Shown here: piece after piece, positions 46,610-56,620 of the stretch
Numbering within the stretch: position 1 is the stretch's first letter
How the letters are laid out: each line of letters starts with the position of its first letter
Assembly (NCBI GenBank): GCA_964408945.1
Contig: CAYPBJ010000007.1
Span: 8,684 to 72,683 of the forward strand
Direction of reading: 5' to 3'
DNA: 64,000 bases
Source of the DNA: an uncultured Rhizobium sp.
Lineage (GTDB): Bacteria; Bacteroidota; Bacteroidia; NS11-12g; UBA955
Notes under the pieces: model-generated
What the model was told of the DNA's origin: nothing
Database searches by the model: none
Seen by the model: only the letters and a program-made list of their open reading frames with translations
Program-made: the position numbers and the translations under genes

Positions 46610-47923
46610 ATGTCTACAGCATCAACCTATATTCCTTACAAAGTAAAAGATATCTCACTTGCAGAGTGGGGTAGAAAAGAAATTAAATTGGCCGAAGCCG
46701 AAATGCCTGGATTGATGGCATTGCGCGATGAATTCGGTGCATCAAAACCATTAGCAGGGGCTCGCATTGCGGGTTGCCTTCACATGACCATTCAAACTGC
46801 CGTTTTGATTGAAACGTTGGTTGAATTGGGAGCAGATGTTACTTGGAGTTCTTGTAACATTTTCTCAACTCAAGATCACGCTGCTGCTGCTATTGCCGCT
46901 GCAGGTATTCCTGTATATGCTTGGAAAGGCATGACAGAAGAAGAATTTGATTGGTGTATTGAGCAAACCTTATTCTTTGGAGAAGATCGTCAACCTTTGA
47001 ATATGATTTTGGATGATGGAGGTGATTTGACCAACATGTGTCTAGATCGTTATCCTGAATTGGTTGCTGGTATTCGCGGAATTTCAGAAGAAACCACAAC
47101 CGGTGTTCACCGTTTGTACGAGCGCATGGTAAAAGGTACTTTGCCTTTGCCAGCGATCAACATCAACGACTCAGTTACTAAGAGCAAATTTGACAACAAA
47201 TACGGTTGTAAAGAAAGTTTGGTGGATGCGATTCGTCGTGCTACCGACACTATGATGGCCGGTAAAGTTGCTGTTGTTTGTGGATACGGTGACGTGGGTA
47301 AAGGTTCTGCGGAAAGTTTGCGCGGAGCTGGTGCTCGTGTCATTGTGACTGAAGTAGATCCTATCTGTGCACTTCAAGCTGCTATGGATGGTTTCCAGGT
47401 ATTGCGTCTTGAAACTGCTATTCCTTTGGTTGATATCGTGGTTACTGCAACTGGTAACTGCAATATCGTTACTGATAAGCATTTTAAAGCGATGAAAGAC
47501 AAAACCATCGTTTGTAATATTGGTCATTTCGACAATGAAATTGATATGGCTTGGTTGAATAAAAACTACGGTTCAGCGAAATACACTGTGAAGCCTCAAG
47601 TTGATATTTTCAATGTTGACGGACGTGAAGTGATTGTATTAGCTGAAGGTCGTTTGGTGAATTTGGGTTGCGCAATGGGTCACCCAAGTTTTGTGATGAG
47701 TAACAGTTTCACCAACCAAACTTTGGCTCAAATGGAATTGTGGATGAACCACGGCAAATACAAAAACGAAGTTTATGTGTTGCCTAAGCACCTAGATGAG
47801 AAAGTGGCAAAATTGCACTTGGCGAAGATTGGTGTTGAATTGACTGAATTGACTCCTGAGCAAGCTGATTACATTGGCGTGTCTTTGAGTGGTCCATTCA
47901 AGCGCGACGAATACCGTTACTAA
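46610..47923 (+). CDS. ahcY: Adenosylhomocysteinase
   Basis: Canonical N-terminus from ATG 46610 ([25 protein letters not shown]). NAD site [10 protein letters not shown]. The track's TTG 46508 extension is non-homologous. Confidence 0.95.
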   Translation: MSTASTYIPYKVKDISLAEWGRKEIKLAEAEMPGLMALRDEFGASKPLAGARIAGCLHMTIQTAVLIETLVELGADVTWSSCNIFSTQDHAAAAIAAAGIPVYAWKGMTEEEFDWCIEQTLFFGEDRQPLNMILDDGGDLTNMCLDRYPELVAGIRGISEETTTGVHRLYERMVKGTLPLPAININDSVTKSKFDNKYGCKESLVDAIRRATDTMMAGKVAVVCGYGDVGKGSAESLRGAGARVIVTEVDPICALQAAMDGFQVLRLETAIPLVDIVVTATGNCNIVTDKHFKAMKDKTIVCNIGHFDNEIDMAWLNKNYGSAKYTVKPQVDIFNVDGREVIVLAEGRLVNLGCAMGHPSFVMSNSFTNQTLAQMELWMNHGKYKNEVYVLPKHLDEKVAKLHLAKIGVELTELTPEQADYIGVSLSGPFKRDEYRY

Positions 47924-47930
47924 TCAGTTT

Positions 47931-49226
47931 TCATTGGATGCGGTAAGCATCTTTTGAAAGACCAGAAAAATACCGTTGATTGAGTTGATGATTCTTCAAC
48001 GGATAAGCAAAAGAAGCCCCTCGGAATTCATTTTTTCCCAGGGGCTTTTTGTTGCTGTTGGATTTTAAATCGTATAGCGTAGCGCTATCAGATAAGCAAA
48101 AGGTAACGGGTTTTGATGAGTTAAGGTGGGTGCTGTAAATTAAGGATTCGTAAGGAATGGCCCATGCTATTCCAAAAACATCGGGGTGAAACTCGTTGTA
48201 CGATGTGATTATTTTGAGCCCATTTTTAGAAAGGTCTTGAGCAGTTTGAATTTTTGTTGTTAATTCTTGCAGTCGATGTCTATGGAAATTGGCTTGCTTG
48301 ACGAGGAAAAAACATCCCCAGAAAAAAACAACCGCAACCGAATATTGTAGGCGTGTGCTTTTATCAGAATTTATTAGCGGCAGCGCGATAATGAGCCAGA
48401 GTGGAGCGTAACTTTTCTGCATCATCATACCGGAGTCGCCGTCTTGATAAAGATGGGTGATGAAAAATGTGGTAAGCAAAACAGCCGCCATATAAGTATA
48501 TCGTTGTTTGCCTTGAAAAACGACGATTCCCCCAATAAAAACGATGAGATAAGGCAACGCCCATCCCCCAAAAATAGACGTGTAAAAATAGTGCCATCCC
48601 CAGCTTTGAAACACGTTTTGAAGGTGAAAGAACTTGCCAAGAATTTCTGATTCGTAGCCAGAAGCAGGAATGAGTGTTAATTTAATCAAGGCGGTGGCGA
48701 CTAGGCTGAAAATGTGAAATGGCTTCTGAAAAAGAGAAACAGCAATCAGGGCAGGGAGTATTCCAGGGTGTGCCAAATACGCGGTGGTGGCCCATAGGAA
48801 AATTAGGGGTTTTCGGGTTTCTAGGGTGAAAAGTCCCCCGAAAATCAATGCCAAAATCATTTCGGCGGTGCCTAAAAATTGGAATTCAGGGCCAGTAATG
48901 AGAAAGATTCCCAAGAAATAAAAACTCCATTGGGGCTTTTTGAATTGTGCAGTTGAATACCAACTAGCAGCGAACGCCCATGCCAATGGAGTGAGAGACA
49001 GTAACGACGCCACGGCTTGAATGGGTAAATGTATATAAACCGCGATTTGGGCCGGGAATAAGTTCAAATATTGGGAAAAACGGAAATGTTCTACCGCCGG
49101 AAAACGGTTGAGCACATTGAAAAGGGTAAAGGCACTGTCGGCGTACAGAGTGCGTTCCCAGGTGAAAATGAATGCCAGTAGGAATAGCGATAACCAGACG
49201 CTGACGTTAAACTTCCACGAGGTCAT
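47931..49226 (-). CDS. Hypothetical polytopic membrane protein with C-terminal soluble domain
   Basis: About 10 TM-like segments; no motif recognised. Start uncertain (c49226 or c49250). Overlaps the parE 3' end. Confidence 0.5.
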   Translation of the reverse strand: MTSWKFNVSVWLSLFLLAFIFTWERTLYADSAFTLFNVLNRFPAVEHFRFSQYLNLFPAQIAVYIHLPIQAVASLLSLTPLAWAFAASWYSTAQFKKPQWSFYFLGIFLITGPEFQFLGTAEMILALIFGGLFTLETRKPLIFLWATTAYLAHPGILPALIAVSLFQKPFHIFSLVATALIKLTLIPASGYESEILGKFFHLQNVFQSWGWHYFYTSIFGGWALPYLIVFIGGIVVFQGKQRYTYMAAVLLTTFFITHLYQDGDSGMMMQKSYAPLWLIIALPLINSDKSTRLQYSVAVVFFWGCFFLVKQANFHRHRLQELTTKIQTAQDLSKNGLKIITSYNEFHPDVFGIAWAIPYESLIYSTHLNSSKPVTFCLSDSATLYDLKSNSNKKPLGKNEFRGASFAYPLKNHQLNQRYFSGLSKDAYRIQ

Positions 49227-51066
49227 TTTTCTCAATGTAAAGATTGTCAATGATGAACTCTTGACGTTCAGGGGTGTTTTTGCCCATGTAATATTTCAAT
49301 AGTTTTTCAATGTTTGCATCTTCTTTGAGAATGACCGGTTCTAACCTGATGTCGTTGCCAATGAATTTACCAAATTCGTCGGGTGAGATTTCTCCCAATC
49401 CTTTGAATCGGGTGATTTCGGGCTTAGGACCTAACTTTTTAATGGCATCTTGCCTTTCTCTGTCTGAAAAACAATAAATGGTTTCTTTTTTATTTCTAAC
49501 CCTGAAAAGGGGAGTTTGTAAAATGTATAGATGTCCATTTCTTACCAAATCAGGGAAGAATTGCAGAAAGAAAGTCATCATCAACAACCTGATGTGCATT
49601 CCGTCAACGTCGGCATCGGTAGCGATAACAATGTTGTTGTACCTCAGGTTTTCAAGCGACTCTTCGATATCTAGTGCGTGTTGAAGAAGATTGAATTCTT
49701 CGTTTTCGTAAACAATTTTCTTTTTTAGTCCGTAGCAGTTCAACGGTTTACCTCTCAGAGAAAATACCGCTTGAAGATCAGGATTACGGCTCTTGGTGAT
49801 GCTTCCGCTTGCTGAATCTCCCTCGGTGATGAACAAAGTAGACTCGTATCGTTCTTCCTTTTTGTGGTCAGGAAGGTGGGTTCGGCAATCGCGCAACTTT
49901 TTGTTGTGGAGGTTGGCTCTTTTGGCTCTTTCCTTGGCCAGCTTTTGAACGCCTGCCATGTCTTTTCTTTCTCTTTCGTTCTGAAGGATTTTCTTGATCA
50001 GGGCGTCTGCGGTTGCTGGATTTTGGTGGAGATAGTCGTCTAGTTGTTTTTTGACAAATTCAAAAACGGCAGATTTTAGGGATTGTCCGCCGGGCTCCAT
50101 TTCTTGGCTACCCAATTTGGTTTTGGTTTGACTCTCAAAAACGGGTTCTACCACGCGTAAACTCACTGCCGCCGTAATGGAACTTCTGATGTCAGCGGCA
50201 TCATAATCTTTCTTGTAAAACTCACGAATGGTTCTGACATAAGCTTCTCTGAATGCCTGTAGGTGAGTTCCACCTTGAGTAGTATACTGTCCGTTGACAA
50301 AAGAGTAGTATTCTTCGCCGTAAGCCTCTGTATGGGTCATTGCAATTTCAAAGTCTTCGCCCTTAAGATGAATGACGGGATATAATGCACTTTCCGGTGG
50401 TACTTTGGTTTCTAATAGGTCTAAAAGTCCTCTTCGAGAAGCAAAATTCTCACCGTTGTATTTTATGGTCAGTTGACTGTTGAGATAGGTATAGTTTTTA
50501 ACCTGCTCTCTGATGAAATCTTGAATGAACCGGTAATTTTTAAAAATGGTATTGTCGGGTTCAAAAACCAACAACGTTCCGTTGGGTTGATCAGAAGATT
50601 CTTCATGGTGATCACCGGTCAGTTCACCTCGATTGAATTCAGCTCGTTTTGATTTTCCGTCTCTGAAACTTTGTACTAGGAAATAGCTGCTGAGAGCGTT
50701 TACAGCTTTCAGACCCACCCCGTTAAGTCCCACAGATTTTTGGAAGGCACGGCTGTCGTATTTACCACCGGTATTGATTTTGGAAACCACGTCAACTACC
50801 TTCCCCAAGGGAATTCCTCGTCCAAAGTCTCTGACGGTTACTTTTTCATCAGTGATGTTCACTTCTATGCGTTTTCCATTGCCCATCACGTGCTCATCAA
50901 TGGAGTTGTCAATAACCTCTTTAATGAGAACGTAAATGCCGTCATCGGGCGATTTTCCGTCGCCCAATTTGCCAATGTACATACCTGGTCTCAGTCGGAT
51001 ATGTTCTTTCCAATCCAGACTACGAATTTCGTTTTCGGTATATTGTGGTTGCAGTTGGTCACTCAT
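49207..51066 (-). CDS. parE: DNA topoisomerase IV subunit B
   Basis: GHKL ATPase and TOPRIM motifs ([34 protein letters not shown]). The 619-aa length is typical of Bacteroidota ParE rather than GyrB. Confidence 0.85.
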   Translation of the reverse strand: MSDQLQPQYTENEIRSLDWKEHIRLRPGMYIGKLGDGKSPDDGIYVLIKEVIDNSIDEHVMGNGKRIEVNITDEKVTVRDFGRGIPLGKVVDVVSKINTGGKYDSRAFQKSVGLNGVGLKAVNALSSYFLVQSFRDGKSKRAEFNRGELTGDHHEESSDQPNGTLLVFEPDNTIFKNYRFIQDFIREQVKNYTYLNSQLTIKYNGENFASRRGLLDLLETKVPPESALYPVIHLKGEDFEIAMTHTEAYGEEYYSFVNGQYTTQGGTHLQAFREAYVRTIREFYKKDYDAADIRSSITAAVSLRVVEPVFESQTKTKLGSQEMEPGGQSLKSAVFEFVKKQLDDYLHQNPATADALIKKILQNERERKDMAGVQKLAKERAKRANLHNKKLRDCRTHLPDHKKEERYESTLFITEGDSASGSITKSRNPDLQAVFSLRGKPLNCYGLKKKIVYENEEFNLLQHALDIEESLENLRYNNIVIATDADVDGMHIRLLMMTFFLQFFPDLVRNGHLYILQTPLFRVRNKKETIYCFSDRERQDAIKKLGPKPEITRFKGLGEISPDEFGKFIGNDIRLEPVILKEDANIEKLLKYYMGKNTPERQEFIIDNLYIEKNDLVEV

Positions 51067-51146
51067 TGTAGCAATTTTAACTCAATAATTGCAAATGCTG
51101 TTCGCAAGTTTTTCACAACTGCGATGGTAATGCCTATTTTCGCAGT

Positions 51147-51707
51147 ATGAAAAGGTTTCAGCGATTGTTTTTTTTCGGGGGATTTTTAATCTTCTTAGGA
51201 TTTCTAGCATCTTGCCAATCTGAAATTGACCGTGACCTCAAAGCGGTAAATGAATTGAAAGCACTTCTTCCTGAGGATGTCAACAAACTCAACATTGATA
51301 GTTTGCCTCGCAACGCTGATTCAATCTTGGAAGCCTTTATAACGAAATATCCTAAACACGCCGAAAGCGAATTTTTGTGTTTTCAATTGGTCAATGTAAC
51401 CGGAAAGCGTGGCGAGACGGAGAAGTTAAAATCGGCACAATGGGCAGACTTCTATTTGAAAAATTATTCATCAAACAAGGCCCGCAGGCTAGATATGGCG
51501 TTATACGCCGCCTATTATTTTGAGAAATTCGGTGTTTACGATGAGGCTTTGAGGCTTTACGAAATGATTAGAGATAGTTTTCCTGATAATCCGTTGAGTC
51601 AAGGTGCAGCTCAGTCCGCCAAAATGATTCGCAGCGGTTTGGTGACTCCTGAGCAACAATTAGAGGCGTTGTTGAAACAACAGGGCGATTCTGTGAAATC
51701 TAAATAA
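51147..51707 (+). CDS. Hypothetical lipoprotein (helical/TPR-like)
   Basis: Lipoprotein signal FLGFLASC. Confidence 0.5.
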   Translation: MKRFQRLFFFGGFLIFLGFLASCQSEIDRDLKAVNELKALLPEDVNKLNIDSLPRNADSILEAFITKYPKHAESEFLCFQLVNVTGKRGETEKLKSAQWADFYLKNYSSNKARRLDMALYAAYYFEKFGVYDEALRLYEMIRDSFPDNPLSQGAAQSAKMIRSGLVTPEQQLEALLKQQGDSVKSK

Positions 51708-51708
51708 T

Positions 51709-52752
51709 ATGAAGATTTTAGTCACTGGTGCCACCGGATTTATTGGCAGTCATGTAGTTCAGCAATTGCAACGAGCAGGCCATGATTTGGTATTGTGCCA
51801 TCGTGAAGGCAAGTCTAGTTGGAAGTTATTTGATTCTGTTGCCCGTATTTACAATGCATCTCCAAATGGACAAGGTCATTCTGTTCACGATGAGGGGATG
51901 TTGCGCTTTAAGGGTTCTTTGAAAGAATATGCGGAAAGATTGATTCCGTATGAATTTTCAGATACAGAATTGTATTTGAGTGAGGGTTTTGAAAAGGTAT
52001 CGGTTGACTTGATAGATTACGATGAAGTTTTAGAGTCGGTGAGTTCTTCAGATTTTGATGCGGTGGTTCACTGTGCAGCGATCATTTCTTTCCATCCAAA
52101 AGACAGAGAAAAAATGCTTCGAGACAATGTTGAAGGCACCCGTAATTTGGTCAATGCGTGTTTAAAAAAAGGCGTGAAAAACTTCCTACATGTGAGTTCA
52201 ATTGCCGCATTAGGAAGACCTGTTGAAGAGGGCCCCATCACCCTTGACACACCCTGGGAAGAAGATTCGCCGTACAATACTGATTATGCGTTAAGCAAAT
52301 ACTATGCTGAATTAGAAGTTTGGAGGGGAAAGGAAGAGGGACTGAATGTGAAGGTATTTTACCCTGGTGTGGTTTTGGGACAAGGAGATGGAAATACCAG
52401 TTCAAAGCAAGTGATTGATGTGGTGAAAAATGGCAATCCACTTTATCCAGTGGGCTCCAACGGTTTCGTATTTGTTGAGGACCTCGCCAAAAAGATCACT
52501 GATGAATTGCCATTTAGATTGGAAAATGAAAAACAACGATTCTTGTGTGTTTCACACAACCTCACCTTCGAGAAATTAATAATTTCAGTGGCTGATGCCT
52601 ATGGTTACAAGCCGGCTAAATGGCCGTTGAAGGGCACTATATATGGATTAGTTTACGGAGTTGCTCAGTTCTGTGAATGGTTTGGGATACGCATTCCCAT
52701 CACCACGGAGTTGATGAAAAGTACCAGTAAGGCTTCTGTGTATAAAGACTAA
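51709..52752 (+). CDS. NAD-dependent epimerase/dehydratase (extended SDR)
   Basis: GATGFIGSHVV Rossmann motif and YxxxK (YALSK). Confidence 0.8.
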   Translation: MKILVTGATGFIGSHVVQQLQRAGHDLVLCHREGKSSWKLFDSVARIYNASPNGQGHSVHDEGMLRFKGSLKEYAERLIPYEFSDTELYLSEGFEKVSVDLIDYDEVLESVSSSDFDAVVHCAAIISFHPKDREKMLRDNVEGTRNLVNACLKKGVKNFLHVSSIAALGRPVEEGPITLDTPWEEDSPYNTDYALSKYYAELEVWRGKEEGLNVKVFYPGVVLGQGDGNTSSKQVIDVVKNGNPLYPVGSNGFVFVEDLAKKITDELPFRLENEKQRFLCVSHNLTFEKLIISVADAYGYKPAKWPLKGTIYGLVYGVAQFCEWFGIRIPITTELMKSTSKASVYKD

Positions 52753-52762
52753 ATTTCGGAAA

Positions 52763-53458
52763 TTAACGAGTAGGTGAATAAGGGCTAACGTAAGTGCTCT
52801 TTTTGGTGGTTTTTTTCTTGAAATCACCGCGTTTCCAAGCTTCAAAGAATTGCATCCAAGCGGTTGGACTTAAATACCTCTGGGGAGGGACTTGATTGTA
52901 GTAATATAACTGTTCGGCTCTATTTCGAGCAAGCAACGCTTGAGCTTGAGATGCATCTGCGGGTCGTTGACGGAGTTCTTCCTTGACAGCTTCATTTTCA
53001 AGGTTTTTACGGGCTCTTTCAAGTGGGTCATCAGGAATATCTCTATTGACAAATTCGTGATTGAATAAGGTTTTCAGTGGAAGTGCTTTAATGAAGATTG
53101 CAGACAAATGGATGGTGTCTTGGGTCATTAATTTTACTACAGAATAGCGGTTACTTGAAAGAGTATCGGGAATGACGTGATATGAACTGACTTTTTCAAC
53201 TTGTACAAAATACACAGTATCGCCTTTTCTAACAACAACATCAAAGAATCCATTGTCATCTGAGTAGCCTATGAGTCCACGCCTAGAGCTTTTGATGCTT
53301 ACCAATGGAATTGGTTTTAAGCTATCAGAGGTGAGTACCAAGCCGGTGAACAAGATGTAAGGATTATTGTTTTGGGGTTTGCGTTGAGCAAATAGGTGAT
53401 TGCTAAGAAGAAGGAATACAAAGAGAGCGAATATCCCCCGAAAAGCCCCGAAACTCAT
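52763..53458 (-). CDS. Carboxypeptidase-regulatory-like domain protein
   Basis: Signal peptide. FTGLVLTSDSLKPIPLVSI...DDNGFFDVVVRKGD pattern. Confidence 0.5.
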   Translation of the reverse strand: MSFGAFRGIFALFVFLLLSNHLFAQRKPQNNNPYILFTGLVLTSDSLKPIPLVSIKSSRRGLIGYSDDNGFFDVVVRKGDTVYFVQVEKVSSYHVIPDTLSSNRYSVVKLMTQDTIHLSAIFIKALPLKTLFNHEFVNRDIPDDPLERARKNLENEAVKEELRQRPADASQAQALLARNRAEQLYYYNQVPPQRYLSPTAWMQFFEAWKRGDFKKKTTKKSTYVSPYSPTR

Positions 53459-53484
53459 ATTTACGAAGATAATGAAAAATTAAC

Positions 53485-54723
53485 TTAGGGCATCAACCAA
53501 CCTACGAGGATGGAGAATAATACGACCAAGGGAGTAGAGATTTTCTTAGAATAAAGCATGATCACGGTGGTGGTAAGGACAAAAAGATGTGTAGATATTT
53601 TTGACGAAGGAAGATTTTGAATATTGATTAATAGTTGTTCGCAAAGAATGAGTGATGCGGCCAAGATGAAGCCAACGGAAACGGCAAATATTCCGGGTAT
53701 AGATCTTTGCAAACCGGAGTAATTTTGCAATATGGACCAAATGGGATAGGCAAAAAGTACGAGAAGTATTCCGGGTAGAAAAACAGCAATAAGTCCAATG
53801 AACCCACCTAAAATTTGGCCCGATTCCTGATAGCCTGCATTTCTCATGGCTACGGCGTTGGTATAAACTGCTAGGTTGAAATTGGGTCCTGGTGTAGCTT
53901 GAATAGCTCCAATACCGGTATTCAATTCATCGAGGGTTAGTCTCTTTTTATGGTGCACGTACTGCTCCATTGTCATAGCTGCCAGCACGTTTCCCCCTCC
54001 AAAGGATAGGGCGCCCATTCGGTAGGTATTTTCAAAATAAACCACGGGTTGGAGCCATTTTGATTGAGTTTTATACTTGCTCAGCAATAAGCCACCCACA
54101 CCTACAACTGTAAAGATGATGAAAAAAACAGTGAGGTTTCGCCATTTGATTTGAGATTTGGGAAGAATGGTTTTAGGGCCGGAGTATTTTCCAAATTTTG
54201 CGCTAATTAGGGCAGCCAAAACTACCCCAATGGGAAATATCAAAGGAGTATGTATGGCAAAGCCAAGAATACCAGAAACTATAAGTATGCCCCAATTTAG
54301 AGGTGTTTTTTCCATCCATTGGCTCATGCTTAGGAAGCCGTAAACCATGAATCCCACAACGGTTGCAGAAATGTATTGCAGTTGATGTGCTGACAAAAAC
54401 TTGGGAGATAGGGCGAGCATTAACATGAGGGCTGCACCGGGTAATGCCCAAAAAAGAACGGTAATTATGGCTAGTTTAGGGCCACCCAATTTTAATCCAA
54501 CCGTAGTAATGGTTTGGGTGGTGGTAGGACCAGGTAACAAATTACAAAATGCCGTGATTTCAATAAGGTCATCTTGACTGATGAAACGTTTGCGTTCAAT
54601 CAACCGTTTTTTAAAATGAGGAAGGTGCATTTGCGGCCCACCGAAGGCAGTTAAACCGAGCCACAAAACCGTTTTCAGAAACTGAAATTGCTTGCCTTTT
54701 TGTATGTTTGTGGACTCATGCAT
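53485..54723 (-). CDS. chrA: Chromate transporter ChrA family
   Basis: Duplicated CHR domains (LGLTAFGGPQMHL and GALSFGGGNVLAAM). ATG c54723 preferred over TTG c54747. Confidence 0.8.
   Translation of the reverse strand: MHESTNIQKGKQFQFLKTVLWLGLTAFGGPQMHLPHFKKRLIERKRFISQDDLIEITAFCNLLPGPTTTQTITTVGLKLGGPKLAIITVLFWALPGAALMLMLALSPKFLSAHQLQYISATVVGFMVYGFLSMSQWMEKTPLNWGILIVSGILGFAIHTPLIFPIGVVLAALISAKFGKYSGPKTILPKSQIKWRNLTVFFIIFTVVGVGGLLLSKYKTQSKWLQPVVYFENTYRMGALSFGGGNVLAAMTMEQYVHHKKRLTLDELNTGIGAIQATPGPNFNLAVYTNAVAMRNAGYQESGQILGGFIGLIAVFLPGILLVLFAYPIWSILQNYSGLQRSIPGIFAVSVGFILAASLILCEQLLINIQNLPSSKISTHLFVLTTTVIMLYSKKISTPLVVLFSILVGWLMP
54703..54710 (+). promoter_or_regulatory. -7 box TATGTTTG, 7 nt upstream of ATG 54718
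   Basis: Perfect TAnnTTTG match. It lies inside the chrA 5' coding region. Confidence 0.4.
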
Positions 54724-55341
54724 AATTTCGACACTAAAATAGTCCAAAAATCACGAAACCCTTTGATTTTGTTGGGTTTTTTGTCAATTATTTTGACTCT
54801 AGGTTTAGTTGCTTGTACAAGTAATGGCAATTCTGGATCTGATTCAAAATTAGAACTTCGCAATGCCATGCAATTGAAATTGGATTCTGCTTGGTCACAA
54901 TTGAATGATATTCGAGGTCAATTTCATTTCGAAATTGATGAGTTCGAAGAACGTAAAACAGAAATGGCGGCCCAAAGAATCAGAGCTAATTTCATACCTG
55001 GCAATGCTCTTACTGAAGATGATAAACTTCAATTCAACATATATAACGAAACATTCAGGGTTTATAAAACCGCAGCCAACCAATATAAGAATGCGGTATT
55101 AATGGCAGAAAATGCTTTTTACAACCTAAAAGGGCTTGAGACCCGTGTAAAGAAAGGAGATTTTGATCAAGATTTAGAGGGCTTCAAAGAGGAAATGAAG
55201 GGTTTGCAAAAAGAACTTGATGAGTGTGAGTTGAAAACTATTGATATTACTGATAGACTTGATACTGTAGAGCCCTCATATCAAAGGGTAAATGAACATG
55301 TGAATCAGTTGCTAGATCGACTGGTTCCTGAGAAACAATAG
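54718..55341 (+). CDS. Hypothetical coiled-coil lipoprotein
   Basis: ATG 54718. Lipoprotein signal ILTLGLVAC. E/K/L-rich helical body. Confidence 0.55.
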   Translation: MHNFDTKIVQKSRNPLILLGFLSIILTLGLVACTSNGNSGSDSKLELRNAMQLKLDSAWSQLNDIRGQFHFEIDEFEERKTEMAAQRIRANFIPGNALTEDDKLQFNIYNETFRVYKTAANQYKNAVLMAENAFYNLKGLETRVKKGDFDQDLEGFKEEMKGLQKELDECELKTIDITDRLDTVEPSYQRVNEHVNQLLDRLVPEKQ

Positions 55342-56057
55342 GTCTCTTTAAATCGTTCAAACACCACGTTGATGGCTTCATCTGTGGGGTGTGCTTGGTC
55401 GGGTTTGTAAAATTTCAGGTCTTTAAGTTCTTCTGTAACTATTTCATAACTAGGAAAATACTCTATTTGACCATTAGATTCCACGCAAATTTCATACAGC
55501 GCAGCTCTCAGAAGGGCTTTGCTAACTGAATTTGTTAATAGTCCATCTCTCAAATGTCTCACCGGCGAAACGGTAAAAATGAGTTTTGCCTTGGGATTTA
55601 TTTTGGGGACGGTGTTTTTTATTTTTTCGAGGGATGTTTTGATTTCAGCTATGGTTAACTGCCGTTTGCTGAACTGATTTTGCGGCAGTTTTTGACAATT
55701 CCCAACCCATTGATTGTAACTTGTGTGTTCGTAAATGGTTGCTGTGCCTAATGTGATAAAAACGTGAGTGGCGTTGATTAGGTGTGATTTTGATTCAATC
55801 AGTTGATTCCTGATTTGTTCGGTAAGTGCAGATTTAGAGGTATTTTGAAACCGATTAGCAAACAGCAGACAATGAAAGTTCTGTTGATATTCAAAAAAGG
55901 GTGGAACCTCTGATTTGTAGAGGTATTCAATGGTTTCGGCCAATGCTGTAGGCGAAAAAATGGTGCCAAACGGATTGGAATAGGAAGGGATTTCTAACTG
56001 CAGGGCTCGTTGATGCATTTCTGCTGAAAAACAAGACCCCATGAAAAACAGATTCAC
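55305..56057 (-). CDS. GSCFA-domain protein (N-terminally short)
   Basis: The eponymous motif FMGSCFSAEM sits at residues 5-14. GTG start, with an in-frame TAA 4 codons upstream. Confidence 0.65.
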   Translation of the reverse strand: MNLFFMGSCFSAEMHQRALQLEIPSYSNPFGTIFSPTALAETIEYLYKSEVPPFFEYQQNFHCLLFANRFQNTSKSALTEQIRNQLIESKSHLINATHVFITLGTATIYEHTSYNQWVGNCQKLPQNQFSKRQLTIAEIKTSLEKIKNTVPKINPKAKLIFTVSPVRHLRDGLLTNSVSKALLRAALYEICVESNGQIEYFPSYEIVTEELKDLKFYKPDQAHPTDEAINVVFERFKETYCFSGTSRSSN

Positions 56058-56073
56058 GCATGCAAATTAGTCC

Positions 56074-56081
56074 TATTTTTG
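56074..56081 (+). promoter_or_regulatory. -7 box TATTTTTG, 5 nt upstream of ATG 56087
   Basis: Perfect TAnnTTTG match. Confidence 0.4.
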
Positions 56082-56086
56082 CTGAT

Positions 56087-56425
56087 ATGCACGCTTTGCG
56101 CAAGAAAGAGAACTTCCACATTGTGTTGTGGTTAGTGAAAGATTTTGCTTGGATTATGGATTACAAGATCTTGGGACTTTCCATGGCTATTCCTACGGTG
56201 TTGTTGGCCATTTATTTAACATGGTATTCAAGAGCGGATAAGACCGAGTTTGCGCACAATCTTGCGGTTATGTTTTGGATATGCGCCAATGTCATTTGGA
56301 TGTTTGGAGAATTTTATTTGAATGATACCACGCGTTCAATTGCTCAGCCATTTTTTATAGCAGGTTTGGCTGTGCTTGGAATTCACTACATAACGAAAAT
56401 CCCGCGAATGCGGGATCTCCGTTAA
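56087..56425 (+). CDS. Small hypothetical membrane protein
   Basis: 3-4 TM segments. ATG 56087 is favoured by the -7 box (the track starts at 56060). Confidence 0.5.
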   Translation: MHALRKKENFHIVLWLVKDFAWIMDYKILGLSMAIPTVLLAIYLTWYSRADKTEFAHNLAVMFWICANVIWMFGEFYLNDTTRSIAQPFFIAGLAVLGIHYITKIPRMRDLR

Positions 56426-56607
56426 CCAAACTAAACCAATAAAAAATAACAACTACAAGACGCTGAATTCAATAGAATGTTTTCTGAGTGTTCGTCATAC
56501 TTGAGTCACAATCGGTAAAAAACATCTTCTAAAGAACGAGCTATAGTCTCTAAACACAAAAAGGGTGTTTATCCCCCAAAAAAAGATTGAAAAAGACCAA
56601 TTTGGGT

Positions 56608-56615
56608 TAAATTTG
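56608..56615 (+). promoter_or_regulatory. -7 box TAAATTTG, 5 nt upstream of the icmF ATG
   Basis: Perfect TAnnTTTG match. Confidence 0.45.
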
Positions 56616-56620
56616 CGGCT

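Noticed and set aside
56426-56620. A cobalamin riboswitch upstream of the B12-dependent icmF
   Set aside because: I found no B12-box-like GCCACTG core and no extended GC-rich helices. The promoter box sits 5 nt from the ATG, which leaves no leader.
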